A stretch of DNA of 64,000 nucleotides from Okamejei kenojei (taxonomy: Eukaryota), in NCBI GenBank assembly GCA_035221665.1, contig CM069145.1:28582001-28646000 (forward strand). Direction: 5' to 3'. Positions 11,501-23,500 of the stretch are shown in pieces; position 1 is the first letter of the stretch, and the number at the start of each line of letters is the position of its first letter. The notes below the pieces were generated by a model. The model saw only the letters and a program-made list of their open reading frames with translations. It was not told the DNA's origin and did no database searches. The position numbers and the translations under genes were made by a program.

Positions 11501-14500
11501 TCTTATACATTTAAAATATATTAAGTCTGAAGAGTTTATGTTACTTAAACATTCCAATAGTGATAATTTGCTGCATAAATGTTTAGCTGAAGCATTAGAA
11601 TTAATTAGACATTTACCAAGACCTACAGTTATGGAAATTCACAAGCAAACAGCACATTGAGATTAATATGAATATTGTTAGCAGGAAAACAAGGCACATA
11701 TTAATGGAAAGAATGAGTCACAATCAAGCTGAACTATGAAGAATAACAAAGAAACAAGAAAATGGATCTAATATTAATCTTGAAAGTATCCTTAAAACTG
11801 TGGTGAACCATAGAATGAAAGATTCTGTCAATATTTGAAAAAGTAACTTTTTCACAAAATGGTGATTCAGATACTGTGTTACTGTCAGCTGCCACAAACG
11901 ATATATAATTAGGCTGAAAGAGGGTTACTCCAGCATTGTACATATAACTGAAATAACTCCAAATAAATGAAATATCACATTTACATAAGTATTCAGACTG
12001 TTTACTCAGTACTTGGTTGAGGCACCTTTGGCAGCGATTACAGCCTCAAGGTATGATGCTACAATCTTGACACCTGTATTTGGGTAATTTCTCCCATTCT
12101 TCTCTGCAGATCCTCTCAAGCTCTGTAAGGTTGGATGGGGAGCGTCGATGCACAGCTATTTTCTGATCCCTCCAGAGATGCTCGATCGGGTTCAGGTCCG
12201 CGCTCTGGCTGGGCCACTCAAGGACATACTCAGACTTATCACAAAGCCACTCCTGTGTTGTTTTGGCTGTGTGCTTAGGGTCGTTATCCTGTTGGAAGGT
12301 GAACCTCCACCCCAGGGCCAGAATGCCCTGGAGCAGGTTTTCACCAAGGATCTCTCTGTACTTTGCGGCGTTCATTTTTCCCTCGATCCTGACTAGTCTC
12401 CCAGTTCCTGCCGCTGAAAAACATCCCCACAGCATGATGCTGCCACCACTATGCTTCACTGTTGGTATGGTATTGGCCAGGTGATGAGTGGTGCCTGGTT
12501 TCCTCCAGATGTGATGCTTGGTATTTAGGCCAAAGAGTTAAATCTTGGTTTCATCAGACCAGAGAATCTTGTTTCTCATGGTCTGAGAGTCCTTTAGGTG
12601 CCTTTTGGCAAAGTCCAAGCAGGCTGTCATGTGCTTTTTACTGAGGAGTGTCTTCCGTCTGGCCACTCTACTACAAAGGCCTGATTGGTGGAGTGCTGCG
12701 GATATAGTTTTCCTTTTGGAAGGTTCTCCAATCCCCACAGAGGCACTCTGGAGCTCTGTCAGAGTGAGCATTGGGTTCTTGGTCACCTCCCTGACCAAGG
12801 CCCTTCTCCCCGATTGCTCAGTTTGGCTGGGCGGCCAGCTCTATGAAGAGTCCTGGTGGTTCCAAAGTTTTTCCATTTAAGAATGACGGACGCCACTGTG
12901 CTCTTCGGGACCTGCAATGCTGCAGAAATTGTTTTAAGCCCTTCCCCAGATCTGTGTCACGACACAATCCTGTCTCGGAGGTCTACGGACAATTCCTTCA
13001 TCTTCATGGCTTGGTTTTTGCTCTGACATGCACGGTCAACTGTGGGACCTTATATAGACAGGTGTGTGCCTTTCCAAATCATGTCCAATCAATTTAATTT
13101 ACCACTGGTAGACTTCAATCAAGTTGCAGAAACGTCTCACGGATAATCAATGGAAATAGGATGAACCTAAGCTCAATTTTGAGTGTCATAGCAAAGGGTC
13201 TGAATACTTATGTAAATGTCATATTTCAGTTATTGATTTTTGATTACTTTGCAAAAATTTGATGAAAAACAAAAGAACTTAATCCATTTTAAAATAAGGC
13301 TGTAACGTAACAAAATGTGGAAAAAGTGAAGGGGTCAGAATACTTTCTGAATGCACTGTACGTCTATCTGTCTATATTTATAGAACCAAGTTATGAAACC
13401 ATGTCAGGAAGAATATCCACCTATGTGTTGGTAGCAAGTCCATGTTGGAGGGAATACATTTGTCAATCTCAATTCATTTCAGAGTGAGTTTGGGTTCAAA
13501 ACCTTCTTTTAAACAGGCACCGATTCGGAATGAATTTGCAGTTGTACTCATAGGACCAAGTGTATCAATTGGAAAAAATGTCATATCAGTGCAGTGGGAA
13601 AAGCTTTCAATTCTCCAACAATAGGGAAAGCAATTACAAAGTGTACTAAATCCTCCCTCCAAAAATGGCTTTGGGTTTAACGCAATATTGCATCCATCTC
13701 CATTTTATTTGTAGTGCCCTGGATAAAAGGGAGATTACTGAGAACGACTCAAACTTCTCCACGACTCTCTGCTTGGCCAGTAACCATTGAGGCAGACGGG
13801 GGTGAGAGTGCTAATCTTGAGTGAAAATGACCACAAGTCTCACATTCTCAACTTTGGAATTTGACTTGGTACCCAAATAACCATGAGAAAACTGTCTTAA
13901 AGATCACCTGATGCAGCACATGATCCATAACATTCACCAGGCCTATCTCAAGAAAAATAGAAAATCGAAGAGAATTTAGCACCATAATGTGCCAAGTTAT
14001 CAGAAGTCAAATACAAAGTAGTAAGGAACTATACCATATTGCTTGTAGATAGGAGGCTTTCTGTATATGTTAATGCCTTGGTCTGTGGAGAGAAAGTTAA
14101 ACAGGTTATTGATAATTACACAAAACTATGGAAAAAAATGTTTTCGATACTAATTCCAAACAAAGTTGAACATACACATTAATCTAATATAGATGTGCAC
14201 ACACAGGGCAAATGTCAATGTGTCATGTCATTGTGCATCAGAGATTTACCGCCAATAAGCTTCAGCAACAACACAGAAAACTACAACATGTGCAAAAAAG
14301 CAATGCGGCAAAATGCAAAGTACTTCAAGATACGAATAATCCAAGCAAGAACAATGGCAACAATTTATGATTAAAATTTCTATGTTATGCAAACATTTGA
14401 ATGCTACACACTGTTTCTGCTTCTGAAGTTTTCTTTATTTAAGTACATTATTCAGGCTATTTATTGAGCATCACTATTTTTCTGGTGGAAGTCGATTTAG

Positions 14501-17500
14501 TTATGACTGATGTTGCTTTGTCACATGCCACTAGCTGCAGCAGAGTTGCTTCACAGATCCAGTGTCCCAGGTTCAAATGTAACCTGTGGAGTTTCAATGT
14601 AATCCTTGTGACTACATGAATGTCTACTGGGTGTTCTGGTTTTCTCACATTTAGGCTGGTAGCTTAATTGGCCATTGTAAATTGCCTCAACAGTGTGGCA
14701 GAGTTGTGGTGGGAATTGATAGTAACATTGGAAGAACAAAATGGGATTCGTACAGGATTAGTGTAAAAATGAATAATAGTCGGCACTGGCATGTCGTATG
14801 ACTCTTTGCATGACTTAAGTTCCATATAGGTTTTTAAGTTCTGAGTTGGTGATTCGGGATAATATATTAAGCATTTTGGATATTTATTAAATGGGAAAGA
14901 TGTCATCCTGATTTAAAATGTAATGAAATGTGGGAAGCTTGATCCATCATCAAGTTATGTTAACTTCAGCATCTACGCCATGTTACGATATGTCTCCTAA
15001 ACCTGATCATATGTAATGCACTTCAATAATAAACTTCCTGAAGCAGAACACTGATTCATGAAGGATCAACAGCTTATCATGGCTGATATGGCAGCTAGAC
15101 ATAAAACATATGGAAAATACTATGTGCTGGTAGAGATCGGAAATGATAACACAAGATTCTTTATCGTGCCTGCATCCTGCTGGTCAGTCAATTCAGCACA
15201 TAGATGGAAGAGAAAAACATGTCATTTTGAAATGTCCTTTTCAGTTTGAAGAGTTGCAATTTTTAATGGGGAAGAAGATGTGGATTGCATTGGAAATAAA
15301 ATATGAAAAATGTTTCTTATGGTGTTACATGATCATTGTCATCTTTTCATTTAATTATTTTAATTCAGACATCAGCTTTGCTTTCTGTTTTATTTGCTAT
15401 ATTGTTATTTGAATCATTACTGCAATGCAATCTCTCACATCTTTGTTTTTTGCCTTGTATGGTATAAATAATTAGTTTTTAATGTACGTTGAGAGATCAG
15501 TACTACTGTGGTCATTTAGATTACATTTAACTGCCGCTTCTTAATCTATATTTGTACGGCTGAGAATTGGGGTCTACAACTTCTGTTCAACCTGATGAAC
15601 CTTCTCGGCACACATAGCTTCTTTGATAGAATCTACTTTAATTCTGTGTCAGGTCAGCTGATAGACCTCAACTCATGGAACTGCTATTACCCGTTCGATG
15701 AGGACTCTGCTACTATCTGCCTCAGAGACATTGCTGCTATAGTTTTGCTCTGTATCGATCAGGAACAGCAACATTCCTGGTCCCAAACAGGTTGCAGGAT
15801 AGAGATAATGCTCGTCATATCCGAAATGAAGACTGAGGTTGGATTAGAAGCCTGGTTTAAGTTTTAATCTTTGCTGCTGAATATTCTTCAGAACCGATAA
15901 TTAATTTCCACGTGCTATAAAACAATAAATTGTGCTACCACTTAAAACAGTCTGTTGGGGGGCGGGAAATTCTTCTTTTGTTACAGTGATAAATGCATAA
16001 TGTAGCAGAGGCTTTGCAGTGTACTTTGCTTTTGGAATTCGGTTCTGTTGACTCAAGTAAAGCCAAATTTTTAAAACAAGGCTGATTGCACAGGCACCAG
16101 TATATTGTTCCACAATTAATGAAGAATGTAGGAATTGTTAGGAATTAGGAATGTCCAGATCAAATTTAATGTGTGTAAATTCTGGTAGATGTTGATGTAT
16201 TTCTGGCACTAATGTAAAAACAGTTGCATGATCTCTACTCAACCAGCACATTCTAAGGAGTCCCTGTGTAGGCCTTGCTTCAAAAGTAATCAAATAATTT
16301 TAAGTCAGGCGAATTTCACAGATTTAAAAACCATTCCAAAGAATCTGTGTGGAGAAATGTAGACAGGACATAAGAGATAGAGACAAAGCTACAGCCTAGA
16401 CTACAACAGTGACCGTTGTGATTAAACTCCTACCTGGAAGATGGAAATGTTTAGGGGTCAGAACATAAGATGGTGTTAGAGGCCTGTTGTCTGGCCGCAT
16501 AGGGAGAGGGGAGCTCCGACCACTGGATGGCTCATTGCCTCCAATAAGAAGAGTAAAAGATAATGAGAATGGCATAGACTGCTTTAAACAAAAAAAAATT
16601 AACACAACTAAAATGGATCTACAATAACATAAATACAAAATCAATTCAAAGGTTACTTAACACCTCCATAATGATGGGTTAGTTTACATAAAATAATTTA
16701 TTCTACTCGGTTAACAAAAAAAAACATTACACTAAATAATAAAATGCAAACATTTGCTTTAAAGTGAAAATCAATTTATCTATTTTAATACTTTGAGTAC
16801 AAATATTTGAACACTCTTGAATAATTTTGGAGTTACTCTGTAAAATAACTCTTCAGATTATAGTTTAAATATATATCTATTTCCAGAGATCTAAATAAAC
16901 TCAAATTTATGAGGAGTAATATCTATCCCAGATATAAAAAGTCACTCAATGCAGATAATAAATTGTATCTTCAAGACATATGGTTGCTTTATTTCCATTC
17001 TGGCATGAATTTCAAACTCTTATTATTTTGATAGGTTTCAGTTGCACTGAATAAAAGATAAATAATAGCTAGTATTCTAGACAAATAGCAAGAACTTTGA
17101 AAGAACTCTGTAACAGCAGAAAATATTGGAAGCATTCATCAAGATGGGCAGCAGCCAGAGAACCAGAGGCATGACCCTGGGTTGGAGATAGTTGCACCTG
17201 TTGCCTGTCCTGCTGAGAGTTACCAACATGTTCACTTTCAGCTTCAAATTTCCAGCATCTGATAATCATTCAAATGATAAATGATTATCATCATTTAATA
17301 ATCAAATTTGCATTTGGTTCGCAATCCCAAGTAGATGCAGTTTAGTTTATTATTCTCACAAGGACTGAATTACCATGAAAAGCTTTTTATTGCTTAGTGT
17401 CCTGTAAGCGAAAAGACCACACGTAATTACAATCAAGCCAAAAATGAATAGAGAAAATACTCCAGGATGTGGGGGTTATATCTTCATGGCAATAACAATT

Positions 17501-20500
17501 CACATAATACATTTATTAGTGTGCTTGCCTTAAAAGACGTCTCAATAGCAAAAAACAAAAATTGAAATGTAGACAAGAAAACAAGATTAAAAAATAAATG
17601 TAAGCACACTGCCCTGGGAAGCGAAAGTGTAGCCCATCCTGGTTCTTAACCACATTCTGTACAATGAGTTTCGGGATTAGTGTGAAAGAATGGAATAAAT
17701 ATTTCTCCTTTTCTTCTCCCCAAAATAATTTATTGATACTGAAAACAAAACTAAACTAGTTTAACCTGCAGTATGGGTAACTGAGAACACTACCCTAGTG
17801 TGCAATGTTCAATACAAAGACTCAAGACCATAATGGGTTTAGAGTGTTGAAATCAATGGTTCATTATGCAGTGATACAGTGCACACATTTTCTCTGAACC
17901 CTTTCAAGCTATTGGTTTTGTAAATAGTCAAAAATCGAATATTTGAAATATTCTTTTGGTGGGCTGTTATTTATAAATTGTATCCAGAAAGCATTACCTT
18001 TACTGGGATCTGACAAGGTCAAAGATACTCCTTGTAGAATCTACAAACATCAATCAATCATTGTGTTTCATTGAGGACTATATTTTATATCATATAACTT
18101 AGGGGACAAAGGCAGAAGAATTTTGACACTATGTCTAAAGTGTCAAAACAGCAAAGCCATACAGACAGGACTCTTCATGTTTTAATTTTTACTGTCCGAA
18201 TCATAAAATGGACTATACATTTTATACACATCAAGAAGTCTACACTTAAAAAAAAGAGTATGGGGTCACAGGGAGGTACTAAAATCTACAGACAAATTAA
18301 CAGGAAACTAAAAAACATTAAAAATTATTTGGTCTCTTCATATTAGTTCCTAGATTTTAATATATGATTGCTAAGAATTAGAAATGAATAATTTCTGCAA
18401 ACCCCTCTCCTATAATGAACCATTAGTGAGATTTAAAAAAAAGTGAAATCTTAAACTGTGCTGCAGCACATTGAAATATGAACAATGAATCAAGTAATTT
18501 TATTGCTCTTTTTCTTTAGCAGTGAAACTTGTGGTGGACAAAGAAACATAGAAAACAGGTGCAGGAGAAGGCCATTCGGCCCTTCGAGCCAGCACCGCCA
18601 TTCATTGTGATCATGGCTCATCATCCACAAACAGTAAACCGTGCCTGCCTTCTCCCCATATCCCTTGATTCCGCTAGCCCCTAGAGCTCCATCTAACTCT
18701 CTTTTCAATTCATCCAGTGAATTGGCCTCCACTGCCTTCTATGGCAGAGAATTCCACAAATTCACAACTCTGGGTGAAAACGTTTTTTCTCATCTCAGAT
18801 TTAAATGGCTTCCCCTTTATTCCTAGACTGTGCCCCCTGGTTCTGGACTCCCCCACATTTGGAACATTTTTCCTGCATCTGGCTTGTCCAGTCCTTTTAT
18901 AATTTTATATGTTTCTATAAAATCCCCTCTCATTTTTCCAAATTCCAGTGAATACAAGCCCAATCTTTCCAATCTTTCCTCTTATGACAGTCCCGCCATC
19001 CCGGGGATTAACCTCGCGAACCTACGCTGCACTCCCTCAATAACAAGGATGTCTTACGTCAAATTACGAGACCAAAACTGCACACAATTTTCCAAATGTG
19101 GTCACACCAGGGCCCTGTACAACTGCAGAAGGACCTCTTTACTCCTATACTCACATCCTCTCGTTATGAAGGCCAACATGCCATTAGCTTTCTTCCCAGC
19201 CTGCTGTACCTGCATGTTTACCTTCAGTGACTGGTACACAAGGACACCCAGGTCTCGTTGCACTTCCTTTTTTCCTAATCTGACATTGAGATAATAATCT
19301 GCCTCCTTGTTCTTGCTGCCAAAGTGGATAACCTCACATTTATCTACATTATACTGCATCTGCCATGTCAGCCTGTCCAAGTCACCCTGCAACCTCCTAG
19401 CACCGTCGCAGTTCACACTGCCACCCTTCTAATGCAATGCTACTTATAAATATGTTTAATTAAACTATAACGTGTCAAAGGGAATTGAAAATGATATGGT
19501 TTTCTACAGCAATGTAGCTGCAATTAGAGTCAATTATCCCCAAAACTGATTTAAATCACTTCTCCAATTATTTTAGCAATTACAGACTCGGGTGGACTTG
19601 TTGCAGATAGCATAATTCTCATTGCCGAGTGAATGAATTTATGATAATGTTTCTATAATTTAAATAATTTGCATGGATAGTGAAGTGTGGCAGCAGCGAT
19701 GCATTAAATGGAAAATCGAAGTGAAAGTAAAATGCAAAGAGTGGAACCATTGCTTAAAATAAAGCGCAGGACTAAGTCAACAAGTCAGGGTGCATCTCTC
19801 GAAGATATGGACAGTGGATGTTTCATGTTGGACATTTCTACAGACTAATTGGAAGAGGGGGGAGAAAGCTGGAAAAGAAGTGGGGGCAGGACAAAAACAG
19901 GCGAGTGACAGGTGGATACAGGTGAGAGGGGTTTTGATTGGCGGATTGGTAAAGGAACCCAGGAGGGCATGTTTTTGCAAATCATTATAGATCCATTTGC
20001 TCTGAGTGCTACATACTGATTAAAGTTGGTGAATGCTATCAGCTAAAATCAAACAACAAACACTAAACCTCTTTAAAACGGGTTGCAATGATAAGCAAGA
20101 TCAATGTTAATGATTCCAGTCTTGGACATCGGAGAGGATCCAGTTACATCAACAATGGAAAATCCTCCAGTTAGCTGGACATTTTGAATAACAGAGAATT
20201 GCACTCTGTAAGTTTTTGCACTTTGTTCCCTGGAAACACTGACATTGGGAACAATATTCTACGGAGTGGGAAGCAAAAATCATTATGAGTTCCAAGTTTT
20301 GGCAAAATATAAATTGCTGAAGGAGCCCAGCAGGTCAGAGGGCATCTGGGGACAGAATGGATGGACATTTTGGGTCAGACAGATTGGAGTTGGGGGGGGG
20401 GGGGGGGGGGGGGGGGGGAGGGGGGGAGCGAGAAAAGGGAGATGGGGTGGAACTAAGCCTAGCAAGTGATAGGTGCATATTGGTGATTGGGGTTTGGTTG

Positions 20501-23500
20501 GCAGATGGGTGAAGTAAGTGACAGAGACTGGAGGTGATAAGGATGTCAGATAGAGAGAGGAGAGAAGGAGTGAAATGTAAAGCTGGATTGAGGGGGAGGG
20601 GGGGGGGGTGAGGGTGGTAGATCTTAAGTGATAGGAGCAGAATTAGGCCATTTTGTCCATCAGGTCTACTCTACCATTCAATCACAGCTGATCTATCTCT
20701 CCCTCTTAACCCCATTTTCCTGCATTCTCCCCATAACCTCTGACACCTGTACTAATTAAGATGGTGGGCGAAATGTGAACACACTGGGGTCGGGCAACCT
20801 GGGAAAATAAAGGGCAGCAGGTTATCATTTGAAGTTGGAGAATTGAATGTTCTTGCCGTTGGGTTTTAGTTTAGTTTAGTTTTAATTTAGAGAAACAACA
20901 CGGAAACAGGCCCTTCAGCCCATCGAGTCCACGCTGACCAGCGATCCCCGCACATTAACACTATCCTACACACACTAGGGACAATTTAGAATTATACCAA
21001 GCTAATTAACCTACAAACCTGTACGTCTTTGGAGTGTGGGAGAAAACCGTAGCTCCTGGGGGAAACCCACACAGTCTCAGGGAGAATGTACACACTCCGC
21101 ACAGACAAGCACCTCTAGTCAGGATCGAACCCGAGTCTCTGACGCTGTAATGCAGCAACTTTAGCACTTCATCACTGTGCCGCCAGGTTGTAAACTACAA
21201 GTGCTGTTCCTCTAGTTTGTTTGTGGCCTCACACTGCCAATATGGATAGAAAGCATGAAATGAGAAGGGGCATTAGGGTGGAAGATTGCAACCTTCACGT
21301 GGTCCGCCCTGTTTCGACTAATGCAATCAACTCGACGTGCACAAACGGAAGATCAAATAGAACAAGTTGTCCAACAATTTTAGGCTGTGCACGCCACATG
21401 AAAGAAGAGAAGGGACATTAAGTGGTTAGCAATGGGGACATCCAGCAGGCCTGAGATCTGGCTTTACAATTTAAGTACTGGGTTGTTCAACATAACGGAT
21501 TTGTTTAAATGCTGTCAGTCACTGTGGAATTCGAGTGGGCTGGCCAGAGGTGCATAGTTACACTGAGGAGGAACAATTGCTTCCCTTGGTCTTCTTGGCA
21601 AACAGTGATGAAAGGGCTTTGGGATGGTCATACGGGAGTTAACAGTGGTGGATGGGGGAAAGAGGATGAAGTCTGGAACTGGAGGCTGTGCTGATCCAGG
21701 ACTCAAAGACGTTTTGACTAAATTGTAGGACTGCATCTTGCTTTTCACCAACTGCTGACCTGTTTCAGCATGTCAGGAAAGATTTTCTCTTGAGATCGTG
21801 GGAAAAATGCCTTTAGGGTCTGATTAAACTCTAATCAGATCGTGTAAATTTGTGAGGAAACTGAAGCTAAATGTCTCACCTGTTGACAGAACCATGCATG
21901 TTTGCAATTCAGACAGTGACAAAAGGTTATGTTCAGGCAGGTTTAGTAAATTGCTCATCTATATTTCAACCAAAAGTAAAGATTTCCGGATAAAACACAC
22001 CCTTGGTTTTTTTTTTTTGGACTGCATTACACATAGAAACATAGAAAAGTAGGTTCAGGAGTAGGCCATCGGCCCTTTGATCATGGCTGCTCATCTAAAA
22101 TCAGTACCCAAATCCTGATTTTTCCCCATATCCCTTGATTCCTTTAGTTCTAAGAGCTAGATCTAACTTCCAGTGAATTGGCCTCCACTGCCTTCTGTGG
22201 CAGAGAATTCCACAGATTCACAACTTTCTGGGTGAAGAAGTTTTTCCTCATCTCATTCCTAAACGGCCTACCCCTTATTCTTAAACTGTGACCCCTGGTT
22301 CTGGACTCCCCCAACATCAGAAACATTTTTCCTGCATCTAGCCTATCCAACCCTTTAAAAATGTTATACGTTTCTATAAGATAACCTCTCATCCTTCTAA
22401 ATTCCAGTTAAAAACAAGCCCAGTCAACCCATTCTTTCATCATATGTCAGTCCTGCCATCCTGGGAATTAACCTGGTGAACCTATGCTGCACACCCTCAC
22501 TAGCAAGAATGTCCTTTCTCAAATTAGGAGAACAAAATTGCACACAATACTCCAGGTGCGGTCTCATCGGGGCCCTGTACAACTGCAGTAAGACCTCCTT
22601 GCACCCAAACTCAAATCCACTCGCAATGATGGCTAACATGCCATTAGCTTTCTTCACTATCTGCTGTACCTGCATGCTTACTTTCAGTGACTAATGTACA
22701 AGGACACCCAGGTCTCGTGGCACCTCCCCTTTTCCTAATCTGACATCATTCAGATAATAATCTGCCTTCCTGTTCTTGCCACCAAAGTGGATATCATCAC
22801 CTTTATCCACATTATATTGCATCTGCCATGCATCTGCCCACTCACCCAACCTATCCAAGTCACCCTGCAGCCTCATAGCATCCTCATCGCAGCTCACACA
22901 GCCACACAGCTTTGTGTCATCCGCAGACTTGGAGATGTCACATTTAATTCCCTCTTCTAAATTGTTAATATATATTGTAAATCTGGGGTCCCAGCACCAA
23001 GCCTTGCGGCATCCCACTAGTCACTTCCTGCCATTCTGAAATGAACACGTTAATTCCTACTCTTTGCTTCCTGTCTGCCAACCAGTTCTCCATCCATGTC
23101 AATACCCTACCCCCAACACCATGTGCTCCAATTTTGTACACTAATCTCTTGTGTGGGATCTTGTCAAAGCCTTTTTGAAAGTCCAGATACACCACATCCA
23201 CTGGCTCTTCCTTACCCATTCTGCTTGTTACATTCTCAAAAAATTCCAGAAGATCAGTCAAGCATGATTTCCCCTTTATAAATCCATGCTAACTTTGACC
23301 GATCCTGTCACTGCTTTCCAAATGCATTGCTATAACATCTTTAACAATCGACTCAAGCATCTTCCACACTGATGTAAGGCTAACTGGTCTATAATTGACC
23401 GTTTTCTCTCTCCCTCCTTTTTTAAAAAGTGGAGTTACATTGGCTACCCTCCAATCCACAGGAACTGATCCGGAGTCAAGAGAACATTGGAAAATGATCA

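Larger units (their letters stand above)
20300..21450 (-). mobile_element. Penelope-like element fragment carrying nested insertions (CR1 3' piece at about 20622-20760, V-SINE at 20866-21184, ribozyme SINE at 21276-21406)
   Basis: tgctgaaggagcccagcaggtcag start, G-rich UTR, and gaagttggagaattgaatgttc..ttgggtt / ggttgtaaactac segments split by the SINE. Confidence 0.65.
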
